From the NCBI GenBank assembly GCA_964567595.1, contig CAZMNF010000001.1:48531-112530 (forward strand): DNA of 64,000 nucleotides. Direction: 5' to 3'. Shown one piece after another: positions 40,717 through 49,367 of this stretch. The DNA is from an uncultured Thermotogae bacterium (GTDB taxonomy: Bacteria; Bipolaricaulota; Bipolaricaulia; RBG-16-55-9). A program made the position numbers and the translations under genes. The notes below the pieces were generated by a model, which saw only the letters and a list, made by a program, of their open reading frames with translations, did no database searches and had not been told where the DNA came from. Position 1 is the first letter of the stretch. Each line of letters opens with the position of its first letter.

Positions 40717-41562
40717 ATGAAGGCAAGACTTTGGCTCCGGCTGGGTGCGTTGGTGCTGTTGGGGATCGGCCTGATCGCGGGCGGCGCGGTGTCCCAGTCG
40801 CCCCAGCAGGCCGAGACCACGACGGTCACGTTCGAGAACGTCTGCTCGGAAGGGACCGTCCTCATCAACGAGATCGTGCTCACCGACGGGCGCAACCTGG
40901 ACGTCACGCTCCAGGAGATCACCCTGGAGCCGGGGCAGACGTCGGCGCTGTCCAAAGACCTGTCGTTCACGCCGACCCGACTCGGGCTGGGAGGCACAGT
41001 CGACGGGCAAGAGTTCAGCTTTACGATCGATCCGCTCCCGCTCAACGAGACGTTCAACCCTGACCAGGCCCAAGGCTGTCTGGAGATCACCGTTGAAGCG
41101 CCCGGCGACGGCGCGGAGATCCCGACCGAGCGCGACAAGCCGATCGCCGAGGGCGACAACCTGCAGACGGTGGTGAACACGCTCCAGCTGAACGGGATCG
41201 CCGAGGACAAGGTTGAGGGCAGCCAGTCGGCCCCGAAGATCGCCGACGTCGGCAGTCCATCGCTGGTGCGCGGCATCCCCGCCTCCAGCTTCCAACTCCT
41301 CTGGGTCGGGTCCAGCGCGGGCCAGTTGCGCAGCGCGATCGCATGGGACAACCCGTCGGTCGATCTCGATCTGCTCGTGTTCGGCAACGCCGGCGCCTGC
41401 TTCCAGCTCAACGCGCCGGGCAACCTGGCGGAGCTGTGCGACCGCCCGGCCGGGCCCCGACACGGCCCCACAGGCGGCCCCGTTGCCGGCAACGTCTTCG
41501 CCGTGCTCGTGATCAATTGGTCGTCGCAGACGCAGTCCTACACGTTGTCCCTGTCCCCGTAG
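40717..41562 (+). CDS. hypothetical secreted protein
   Basis: Signal peptide 'MKARLWLRLGALVLLGIGLIAGGAVS'. The C-terminal 'DLDLLVF...VLVINW...YTLSLSP' resembles a PPC/beta-sandwich tail. Confidence 0.6.
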   Translation: MKARLWLRLGALVLLGIGLIAGGAVSQSPQQAETTTVTFENVCSEGTVLINEIVLTDGRNLDVTLQEITLEPGQTSALSKDLSFTPTRLGLGGTVDGQEFSFTIDPLPLNETFNPDQAQGCLEITVEAPGDGAEIPTERDKPIAEGDNLQTVVNTLQLNGIAEDKVEGSQSAPKIADVGSPSLVRGIPASSFQLLWVGSSAGQLRSAIAWDNPSVDLDLLVFGNAGACFQLNAPGNLAELCDRPAGPRHGPTGGPVAGNVFAVLVINWSSQTQSYTLSLSP

Positions 41563-41603
41563 GGGCCCCAGCAAGCCCCACGACCCGAACGCGCAGACGG
41601 AGG

Positions 41604-41649
41604 CGGGGTGCAAGGGCGAGGATCGCTCTCCTTGCGCCCCGTCGCTTTT
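41604..41649 (+). terminator. Rho-independent terminator
   Basis: 12-bp stem CGGGGTGCAAGG / CCTTGCGCCCCG with one G-U pair, then tcgCTTTT. Confidence 0.6.
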
Positions 41650-41826
41650 GCGAGCCGCAAGGGCTGAGGCATATCATGGCACCGCTGGCTCGTGACGGGA
41701 TCATGCCCCCAGGGCTACTGATCACCGCGGAAGCAGGGTTAAGTGATGGCCGCGACGCGGGCGAAACTTGCGGTCATTGAGTCATCCTTCTTGTGCAGCG
41801 GTCAATAAGACGGGAGGAGTGTTTCG

Positions 41827-43380
41827 ATGAGCAGCATAGATCTCGATCTGGCTCCGTACGGCATTCGCCGGCCGGGCCACATCCACTGGAATCGCAGCGT
41901 GCCGGCGCTCTATCAAGAATCGCTCAAGCGCAACGAGAGCTGGCTTGCCCAAGGCGGCCCGTTGGTGGTCAAGACGGGCCAGCACACGGGTCGCTCGCCC
42001 AAGGACCGCTTCATCGTGGAGGACGAGCTCACCCGCGACGCGATCAACTGGGGCGAGATCAACCAGCCGATTTCCCCGGAAAGCTTCGACCAGCTTCACG
42101 ACCTGATCGCCCATCACCTGGAAGGCCGCGATCTGTTCGTTCAGGATCTCTATGCGGGCGCCGATCCGGATTACCGGATGCCCGTCCGTGTTGTGACCGA
42201 ACTGGCGTGGCACAGCCTGTTCGCGCGCAACCTCTTCGTCCGGCCCGCTGACGAGCGCGAGCCGCACGAGGAGCCCGGCTTTACCGTCATCGCCGCCCCG
42301 CACTGCACCGCCGATCCGGAACGCCACGACATCCGAAGCTCGACCTTCGTGCTGCTCAACTTTTCCCAGCGCCTCGTGCTCATCGGCGGCACCCACTACG
42401 GCGGCGAGATCAAGAAGGCCATCTTTACCGCGCTCAACTTCCTGTTGACCGAGCAGGACGTCTTCCCCATGCACTGTTCGGCCAACGTCGGCCCGGATGG
42501 CGACGTGGCGCTGTTCTTCGGGCTCTCGGGCACGGGGAAGACGACGCTGTCCACCGAACCCCATCGCGAGCTGATCGGCGACGACGAACACGGCTGGCAC
42601 GAGGACGGCGTCTTCAACTTCGAGGGCGGCTGTTACGCGAAGACGATCCGCATCAAGCCCGAGGACGAGCCGGAGATCTATCGCGCCGTGACCCAGTTCG
42701 GGGCGGTTCTGGAGAACGTCGTGCTCGATCCCGATACGCGCGAGCCGCGCTTCGACGCCGACACGTTCACCGAGAACACTCGCGGTGCGTACCCGATCGA
42801 GCATCTCGAGCAAGTCGTGCCCCAGGGAACGGGCGGAATTCCCAGCTCGGTCTTCATGCTGAGCTTCGACGCGTTCGGCGTGCTGCCGCCCATTGCCAAG
42901 CTGACCCCCGAGCAGGCCATGAAGTATTTCCTATTAGGCTACACCGCCAAGGTGGCCGGGACGGAGCGAGGAATTGACGAGCCGCAAGTGACGTTCAGCA
43001 GCGGCTTCGGCGCGCCGTTCTTGCCGCGGCCGCCGGAAGTCTATGCGCGGATGCTGCGCGACCGCATGGAGCGGCACGACACGAGCGTCTGGTTCGTCAA
43101 CACGGGAATTACGGGCGGCCCCTACGGCGTGGGCCGGCGGATGCCTTTGGCGCAGACCCGCGCGCTCATCCACGCCGCGCTCGACGGCACCCTCGAAGCC
43201 GGCGAGTTCGAGACCGACGACGTCTTCGGGCTCCGGGTGCCGACGGCGTGCCCCGGCGTGAGCGAGAAGCTGCTCAATCCCAAGTGGGCTTGGGACGACC
43301 CGGAGGCCTACGACGCCAAGGCCCACGACCTGGTGAAGCGCTTCGAGAAGCGCTTCAAGGCGTTCGAGCTCCAGCCATGA
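41827..43380 (+). CDS. pckA: phosphoenolpyruvate carboxykinase (ATP)
   Basis: 'FFGLSGTGKTTLS', 'IGDDEHGW' and 'GGCYAK'. Confidence 0.95.
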   Translation: MSSIDLDLAPYGIRRPGHIHWNRSVPALYQESLKRNESWLAQGGPLVVKTGQHTGRSPKDRFIVEDELTRDAINWGEINQPISPESFDQLHDLIAHHLEGRDLFVQDLYAGADPDYRMPVRVVTELAWHSLFARNLFVRPADEREPHEEPGFTVIAAPHCTADPERHDIRSSTFVLLNFSQRLVLIGGTHYGGEIKKAIFTALNFLLTEQDVFPMHCSANVGPDGDVALFFGLSGTGKTTLSTEPHRELIGDDEHGWHEDGVFNFEGGCYAKTIRIKPEDEPEIYRAVTQFGAVLENVVLDPDTREPRFDADTFTENTRGAYPIEHLEQVVPQGTGGIPSSVFMLSFDAFGVLPPIAKLTPEQAMKYFLLGYTAKVAGTERGIDEPQVTFSSGFGAPFLPRPPEVYARMLRDRMERHDTSVWFVNTGITGGPYGVGRRMPLAQTRALIHAALDGTLEAGEFETDDVFGLRVPTACPGVSEKLLNPKWAWDDPEAYDAKAHDLVKRFEKRFKAFELQP

Positions 43381-44066
43381 ATGAGGGGAGCGACCTGAAG
43401 GCGCGGGCGGCCGAGCGGGCGCTCGACTTCCTCGAGGGCGTGCGGGTGCTCGGGCTCGGCACGGGAAGCACGGCAGAACGCTTCACGCGGCGCGTCGCCG
43501 AGCTCTATCGGACCGGCGAGTTGGGCGATTTGCTCGTCGTGCCGACGTCCGGTGAGACGGCTGACCTGGCGGATGATTTGGAGATTCCGCTCACCACCTT
43601 GGACGAGCACCCGGAGCTGGACCTGACCGTCGACGGGGCGGACGAGGTCGATCCCGAGTTGAACCTCATCAAGGGCCTCGGTGGGGCCCTTACGCGCGAA
43701 AAGATCGTCGCTCACGCCAGTCGACGCTTCGTGGTCATCGTCGACGAGGGCAAGCGCGTTGGGCGCCTGGGAACGCGAGGGCCCGTGCCCATCGAGCTGC
43801 TGGCGTTTGGGCGCGGCCCCGTCGAGCGCGCACTGCAGGATCGGGGCGCCGCGCTGTCCCGGCGAAGCGACGGGACCGAGCTGTTCACCACGGACGAAGG
43901 GAACCTGATCGTCGACGCCGCCTTCGCCGGCGGCATCGACGATCCAATGGAGCTTGACGGGTGGTTGAACGGGCTGCCCGGCGTTGTCGAGCACGGGCTG
44001 TTTCTGGGGATGGCGGATGCGGTCGTTGCGGCAAGCGAGTCAGGCGTCGAGACCCTGGAGCGTTGA
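43377..44066 (+). CDS. rpiA: ribose-5-phosphate isomerase A
   Basis: 'LGLGTGST', 'DGADEVD' and 'KGLGGALTREK'. ATGA overlap with the pckA stop. Confidence 0.9.
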   Translation: MNEGSDLKARAAERALDFLEGVRVLGLGTGSTAERFTRRVAELYRTGELGDLLVVPTSGETADLADDLEIPLTTLDEHPELDLTVDGADEVDPELNLIKGLGGALTREKIVAHASRRFVVIVDEGKRVGRLGTRGPVPIELLAFGRGPVERALQDRGAALSRRSDGTELFTTDEGNLIVDAAFAGGIDDPMELDGWLNGLPGVVEHGLFLGMADAVVAASESGVETLER

Positions 44067-44086
44067 TCCGTCGCTGCGAATGATGG

Positions 44087-44539
44087 CTATTCCTCGGACT
44101 CGGTTGTGGTCATCCGCACGGTCATGACCGGCGCTTGAGAGGTCCGCACGACCTCCTCGGTGACGCTGCCCAGTAGCATGCGGTTGATGCCACGGCGGCC
44201 GTGGGTCCCCATGACCACGAGGTCGATGTCGTTCGCCTCGGCGTACGCCTTGATCTCTTCGGCCGGATGCCCCTGACGAAGCTCGGTCTGCACCGCGGAC
44301 AGGCCCCGGTTGCGGAAGCGCTCTGCCGTTTCGTCCAGGATCTGTCGGCCCGACTCCTGCAGCGTCTCCATGATGTTGGTGAGCGCGACGCTGGCGCCGT
44401 ACTCGTGAAACCTTGGGGGCTCGGCGACAAAGATAACGTGGATGCGGGCGTCGAACGCCTCGGCGACGGACACGGCGGCGTCGATCGCTCGGCCCACTCC
44501 CTCTGAGCCGTCGGTCGGCAAGAGAATCTGGCGGAACAT
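44087..44539 (-). CDS. universal stress protein (UspA family)
   Basis: 'MFRQILLPTDGSE' and 'DLVVMGTHGRRGINRMLLGSVTEEVVR'. Confidence 0.9.
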   Translation of the reverse strand: MFRQILLPTDGSEGVGRAIDAAVSVAEAFDARIHVIFVAEPPRFHEYGASVALTNIMETLQESGRQILDETAERFRNRGLSAVQTELRQGHPAEEIKAYAEANDIDLVVMGTHGRRGINRMLLGSVTEEVVRTSQAPVMTVRMTTTESEE

Positions 44540-44568
44540 GGCGATTCCTTTCGCGGCCCGTCCAGAAG

Positions 44569-44609
44569 CCGCACTCGCTATTGTAGCCTCAGTGCGGAAA
44601 GACACGCAA
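44569..44609 (-). promoter_or_regulatory. promoter TTGCGT-18-TACAAT for usp, with inverted repeat CCGCACT-N15-AGTGCGG bracketing the -10
   Basis: Minus strand reads TTGCGTgtctttccgcactgaggcTACAAT. The inverted-repeat arms lie at 44569-44575 and 44591-44597. Confidence 0.55.
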
Positions 44610-44641
44610 TCCGGGCCTCGCTCCGCCGGACGTGGCGTTGA

Positions 44642-44650
44642 TGTTACAAT
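44642..44650 (+). promoter_or_regulatory. extended -10 element TGtTACAAT; predicted leaderless or near-leaderless crp/fnr mRNA
   Basis: TACAAT ends 8 nt before the ATG at 44659. No SD sequence lies between them. Confidence 0.4.
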
Positions 44651-44658
44651 GTTTCGGC

Positions 44659-45348
44659 ATGAGTGAGTCGAACCGGTGCCAAGTCTGTTTCAACGACAAG
44701 TGCATCCTGCTCGACGTGAGTCGTCAGGACGTCGACTTCCGTCCCGACGAGTTCGCCACGCTGCTGCGCTACGAGAAGGGCCAGACGCTCTTCCAGGAGA
44801 ACGAGCCGGCTTACGGCTACTTCATCGTCTGCCACGGCGCCGTCAAGCTGAGCCATCACCTGGAGGATGGCCGCATCCACATCGTCGCCGTGCTCGGGCC
44901 CGGCGACTTGATCGGCATGGAGGCCCATGCCACGGGCCGGTTCCGCGTCGAGGCCGAGGCGATGGCCCCGACCGAGGTCGGCTTCGTTGACCGGAACGAG
45001 CTGCAGTCGCTGGTGGAGCGGTTCCCGGCCTTCGCGACCTCGCTCATCGAAAAGCTGACGGAGGAACTGGGCATGCTCCAGGAGCGGATCTGGGCGACGG
45101 CCCGTCCGGGCGCGTCCAGTCGACTGGCCTACCTGTTGCTCGATCTGGCCCGAACGCACGGACATGACCGCGCCGAGGGCACGGAGATCGACCTGGCGCT
45201 CACCCGCGAGGAGCTGGGAGAGATGGCCGGCGTCTCCCGCGAGACGGCCAGCCTGACGCTCAGTCGCTTTGCGGAGCGCGGCTGGATCGACGCCGATCGG
45301 CGCCGCATCGTCGTCAAGGACGCCGACTCGCTCCAGGCGATGGTGTGA
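44659..45348 (+). CDS. Crp/Fnr-family transcriptional regulator with an N-terminal Cys cluster
   Basis: 'CQVCFNDKC' at the N-terminus, a cNMP-like beta-barrel, and C-terminal HTH 'TREELGEMAGVSRETASLTLSRF'. Alternative in-frame starts are GTG 44632 and ATG 44641. Confidence 0.8.
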   Translation: MSESNRCQVCFNDKCILLDVSRQDVDFRPDEFATLLRYEKGQTLFQENEPAYGYFIVCHGAVKLSHHLEDGRIHIVAVLGPGDLIGMEAHATGRFRVEAEAMAPTEVGFVDRNELQSLVERFPAFATSLIEKLTEELGMLQERIWATARPGASSRLAYLLLDLARTHGHDRAEGTEIDLALTREELGEMAGVSRETASLTLSRFAERGWIDADRRRIVVKDADSLQAMV

Positions 45349-45367
45349 CCGCTGCTGTCCCCTTCAT

Positions 45368-45396
45368 GGGACAGTGTTAGCTATCCAACACTGCCC
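45368..45396. promoter_or_regulatory. inverted repeat CAGTGTT-N8-AACACTG (hairpin or operator) just after the crp/fnr stop
   Basis: Read from the sequence. The stem extends by three G-C pairs if one A is bulged. There is no U-tract. Confidence 0.4.
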
Positions 45397-45497
45397 TGTG
45401 GAGTCGTTCAACGCGGGCGCCCAATCGGGCGTTTAGAATGGTCCCATCCTGCGGTGATCGCTAACGGTAACCGCTTACGGACACGGGTGATCACAGG

Positions 45498-47387
45498 GTG
45501 GGCACCAGCCAACTGGAAGCGACGATTCGGCAGACGCTGGCGTCGGCGGAATCGGAGCTGCACACCGAACAATTGGCCCAAGAGCTTGGGATCGCTCGCC
45601 ACACGGCCTCCAAGTACTTGGCCATTCTGCACACGAAGGGCGAGGTTCGATGTCGGAAAGTCGGCAACGCCAAGCTCTGGAGCATCGCTCCAACGGCCGA
45701 GCCGACAACAGGGGGTGACCGGGCCTGTGCGGAGCGCGTGTTCCTGGAGCTGCATCCGCCGCTGGACGACGCGGCGGCGGTCGTGGAAGCCGAGCGGTGT
45801 CTGGACTGCGGCGGCCCCTTGTCGCCGGCGCCCTGCGTGACGGCCTGCCCCACGTCGATCGACGTGCCGCGCTTCATCCAAGAGATTCGCGAGGGGCGGC
45901 CGCTCGACGCGGCCCGCACGATCTTCGACGCCAACGTCCTGGGCGGCAGTTGTGCCCGCGTCTGCCCCGTTGAGGAGCTCTGCGAGGGCGCCTGCGTTCT
46001 GGAAACGGAAGGCCGACGGGCCGTCGACATCAGGCGCCTGCAGCGCTATGCGACCGACCGTGCTCTGGCGGCCGAGGGCCCATCGTTTGCGACCGATGCG
46101 ACCGATGCGACCGAGGCGACTGCCTCGAGAACCGACGCAGCCAGCGTGGCCGTCGTCGGGGCCGGCCCGGCCGGGCTCGGCTGCGCGGCAGAATTGGCCC
46201 GACTTGGGCATCGGGTCGTCGTGTACGAGCGACGGTCCTGCCCGGGCGGCCTGATCACCAGCGCCATCGCCCCCTACAAACAGCTCGTCGATCCGCTGCC
46301 CGACGAGGTGGCTCGCCTCGAGTCGCTCGGCGTGGCGTTCCGCTTCGGCGTGACCCTGGGCCAGGACGTCACGCTGGACGCGCTGGAGCGTCGTTACGAT
46401 GCCGTCTTCCTCGGCATCGGCCTCGGGCCGGACATCCCGGCCAACCTCCCCGGCGAGCACCTCAACGGCGTCTGGGACTCGCTCGAGTTCATCGAGCACG
46501 TCAAGGAATCGCGGTTCGACGAGCTCGACCTCGACACGCCGCTTGCCGTGATCGGCGGCGGCAACACCGCCATCGACGTCGCCCGGGAGGCCAAGCGACT
46601 CGGGGTGTCGACCGTGACCGTGCTCTATCGGCGCACGGAAGACCAGATGCCGGCCTACGACCACGAGATCGAGGAGGCCAAGGCGGAGGGCGTGGACTTC
46701 CAGTTTTTGACCAATCCGACGCGATTTGTGGGCGACGACGGCCAGGTTCGAGGCGTCGAATGCGTCGAAATGACCCTGGGCGAGCCGGACGCATCGGGCC
46801 GCCCGCGACCGGAGCCCGTTGCGGATGCCGAGTACGTCGTCGAGGCCAACACGGTCGTCAAGGCGATCGGTCAGCGGCCGTGGACCGACCGGCTCGAGGC
46901 GTGGAACCTCGACCACGACCGCGGCTGGATCGAGACCCGGCGCCGCCGCACGAATCGTCCGACGGTCTACGCCGGCGGCGACTGCGTCAACGGCGGGGCA
47001 ACGGTCGTGGAGGCCGTACGGGACGGCCGCTCGGCGGCCCGTCGCATGCACGAAGCCATCGTCGGGCAGGCCTTGCCCAAGCCGATCACGACGGTCCGGG
47101 GCGAGACCGAACAGGCCGACGAGCGGACGTACTATTCGCAGGGGGCGGGGCACTACGTCGGGACGGAGCCGCGGCTCTGCAAGGGCTGTGAGCTCTGCGT
47201 CAACAGCTGCCCCAAGGGCGTGCTCGACCTCGACGCCAAGGGCAAGATCGTCATGAGCGACCCGAGCGAGTGCGTCTTCTGCGGGGTTTGTGAAGCCCGT
47301 TGTCCCGACTTCGCCATCTGGGTCGTCAAGGACGACGAGGGCGAGCGGGCGCCCGAGCGAGAGCCCGCGGAGGTGACGCTGACATGA
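45498..47387 (+). CDS. three-domain fusion: wHTH + GltD/PreT-like FAD/NAD(P)H oxidoreductase (2x[4Fe-4S]) + KorD-like 2x[4Fe-4S] ferredoxin
   Basis: aa 1-65: 'LHTEQLAQELGIARHTASKYLAILHTKGEVRCRKVGNAKLW' (wHTH). Then 'RCLDCGG...CVTACP' and 'GSCARVCPVEELCEGAC'. Two dinucleotide folds: 'VAVVGAGPAGLGCA' and 'LAVIGGGNTAIDVA'. C-terminus: 'CKGCELCVNSCP...CVFCGVCEARCP'. GTG start. Stop overlaps the korA ATG. Confidence 0.8.
   Translation: MGTSQLEATIRQTLASAESELHTEQLAQELGIARHTASKYLAILHTKGEVRCRKVGNAKLWSIAPTAEPTTGGDRACAERVFLELHPPLDDAAAVVEAERCLDCGGPLSPAPCVTACPTSIDVPRFIQEIREGRPLDAARTIFDANVLGGSCARVCPVEELCEGACVLETEGRRAVDIRRLQRYATDRALAAEGPSFATDATDATEATASRTDAASVAVVGAGPAGLGCAAELARLGHRVVVYERRSCPGGLITSAIAPYKQLVDPLPDEVARLESLGVAFRFGVTLGQDVTLDALERRYDAVFLGIGLGPDIPANLPGEHLNGVWDSLEFIEHVKESRFDELDLDTPLAVIGGGNTAIDVAREAKRLGVSTVTVLYRRTEDQMPAYDHEIEEAKAEGVDFQFLTNPTRFVGDDGQVRGVECVEMTLGEPDASGRPRPEPVADAEYVVEANTVVKAIGQRPWTDRLEAWNLDHDRGWIETRRRRTNRPTVYAGGDCVNGGATVVEAVRDGRSAARRMHEAIVGQALPKPITTVRGETEQADERTYYSQGAGHYVGTEPRLCKGCELCVNSCPKGVLDLDAKGKIVMSDPSECVFCGVCEARCPDFAIWVVKDDEGERAPEREPAEVTLT
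46089..46115 (+). repeat. 9-nt tandem repeat (GCGACCGAT x3) in an interdomain linker
   Basis: Encodes ATD-ATD-ATE. Confidence 0.85.
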
Positions 47388-48550
47388 GCCGGGCCACTCC
47401 CACGGCGACGCCGACGCAGCAGTTGGTGCAGGGCAACGAGGCGTGCGCCTACGGCGCGCTCTACGCGGGATGTGATTTTTACGCCGGGTATCCGATCACG
47501 CCCAGCTCCGAGGTCATGGAGATCATGAGCCGCGAGCAGCCCAAGCGCGGCGGGGCGTTCATCCAGATGGAGGATGAGATCGCCTCGATCTCCGCCATCA
47601 TTGGCGCGGCTTGGACGGGCGCGAAGGCCATGACGGCCACGAGCGGGCCAGGGTTTTCGCTGATGCAGGAGGGGCTCGGCTACGCCTGCATGACGGAGAC
47701 GCCGTGCGTCATCGTCGATTCCCAGCGCGGCGGCCCGTCGACGGGGCAGCCGACCAAGCCCGCCCAAGGCGACGTCATGCAAGCAATCTGGGGCACGCAC
47801 GGCGATCATCCCATTGTCGTGCTGACGGCCTCCGACGTGCGCGCGGCGTTCGAGATGACCGTGCAGGCGTTCAACATTTCCGAACGCTTCCGCGTCCCCG
47901 TCATTCTGCTGCTCGACGAAGTCCTCTCGCACATGCGCGAGAACATGGCCTGGCCCGAGCCGGGCGAAATCGAGGTCGTCGACCGGGCACGGCCCGCGTC
48001 GTTGGAGGGCTTCGAGGCCTTCGGGGGCGCGGAGTTCGTGCCGTTCGGCGAGGGACTGCGCTTCAACGTGACCGGCCTGTCGCACGACGGCCAGGGCCAG
48101 TACATCAAAGGCAGCGAGGCGGAAGCGATGTTCCGGCGGACCATGGACCGCGTCTACGGCAACGTCGAGCAGATCGCCCTCTACGACAACGTCGAGCTTG
48201 ACGACGCCGAGTACGTCATCGTCAGCTACGGCATCACGTCGCGAGCGGCCATGAGCGCCGTGGAGCGCTTCCGCGCCGACGGCCACCGGGTCGGCCTGCT
48301 CAACCTCAAGACGCTCTGGCCCTTCCCCGACTTCCTCTTCGAACGATTCTGCGACTGCGTGAAGGGGATCCTGGTTCCCGAACTGAACCTCGGGCAAGTC
48401 GTCCGCGAGGTGAGCCGCGCGGCGGGCGAGCGGCTCGGGCGCGAGGTCGCCGTCGAGTCGCTCTCGCGGGTCGACGGCCAACTGATCACGCCCCAGCAGA
48501 TCATCGATCGGATCCGGAGTTGGATCGACGAAGGAGGGCGGCATGAGTGA
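47384..48550 (+). CDS. korA: 2-oxoacid:ferredoxin oxidoreductase, alpha subunit
   Basis: 'GNEACAYGALYAGCDFYAGYPITPSSE' and 'SGPGFSLMQEGLGYA'. Confidence 0.9.
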   Translation: MSRATPTATPTQQLVQGNEACAYGALYAGCDFYAGYPITPSSEVMEIMSREQPKRGGAFIQMEDEIASISAIIGAAWTGAKAMTATSGPGFSLMQEGLGYACMTETPCVIVDSQRGGPSTGQPTKPAQGDVMQAIWGTHGDHPIVVLTASDVRAAFEMTVQAFNISERFRVPVILLLDEVLSHMRENMAWPEPGEIEVVDRARPASLEGFEAFGGAEFVPFGEGLRFNVTGLSHDGQGQYIKGSEAEAMFRRTMDRVYGNVEQIALYDNVELDDAEYVIVSYGITSRAAMSAVERFRADGHRVGLLNLKTLWPFPDFLFERFCDCVKGILVPELNLGQVVREVSRAAGERLGREVAVESLSRVDGQLITPQQIIDRIRSWIDEGGRHE

Positions 48551-49367
48551 GCACGGCGGCCAGTACCTGCGGGCGGACTACCTGCCGACGGTCTGGTGCC
48601 CCGGCTGCGGCAACGGCGTCATCGTCAAGTCGATGGCCGAGGCGATGGCCGACGTCGGCTGGGATCCGGACCAGACGGTCGTGGTGGGCGGCATCGGGTG
48701 TTCGGGGCGGACGCCGTTCTATCTGGATGCCAACACGATGCACACCACCCACGGCCGCGCACTGGCGTTCGCCACGGGCGTCAAGATGGCCCGGCCTCGG
48801 TTCAACGTCGTCGTCACCATGGGCGACGGCGACGCCAGCGGCATCGGCGGCAACCACTTCATCCATGCCTGCCGGCGCAACATCGACCTGACCGCGATCG
48901 TGTTCGACAACTCCATCTACGGCCAAACGGGCGGTCAGCTCGCCCCGACGACGCCCACGGGCAAAGTGAGCACGACGTCGCCGCAGGGCAGCGTCGATCC
49001 GTCGTTCGATCTGTGCCAGTTGGCCGAGGGCTCGGGCGCGAGCTTCGTGGCGCGGACCTCGACATTCGATTTCCAGCAGCTGCAGGATCTCTTGGTGCGC
49101 GGCTTCCAACACCGCGGCTTTGCCCTCGTCGAGGTCATGACGACCTGTCCGACGTACTACGGCCGCATGAACGGGGTCCGCGATCCCTACGCCATGCTGC
49201 GCGAGATCGAACAAATAACGCAGGACAGCAACGGGCACGCCAACGGACATGGAGACGGAGAGCCCCTTGACCTGAATGCGCGACCGACAGGGGTCTTCGT
49301 CAATGAGTCCCGCGACGAGTACACCGACATCTATCGACGGCGCTGTGAGGAGGCGAGGTCGGGATGA
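48543..49367 (+). CDS. korB: 2-oxoacid:ferredoxin oxidoreductase, beta (TPP) subunit
   Basis: 'WCPGCGNG' and 'GDGDASGIGGNHFIHACRRN'. Confidence 0.9.
   Translation: MSEHGGQYLRADYLPTVWCPGCGNGVIVKSMAEAMADVGWDPDQTVVVGGIGCSGRTPFYLDANTMHTTHGRALAFATGVKMARPRFNVVVTMGDGDASGIGGNHFIHACRRNIDLTAIVFDNSIYGQTGGQLAPTTPTGKVSTTSPQGSVDPSFDLCQLAEGSGASFVARTSTFDFQQLQDLLVRGFQHRGFALVEVMTTCPTYYGRMNGVRDPYAMLREIEQITQDSNGHANGHGDGEPLDLNARPTGVFVNESRDEYTDIYRRRCEEARSG

Noticed and set aside
44638-44651. Possible FNR box TTGAT-GTTA-CAATG upstream of the crp/fnr gene.
   Set aside because: Only the left half matches TTGAT-N4-ATCAA. The sequence is better explained as an extended -10 element (TGtTACAAT).
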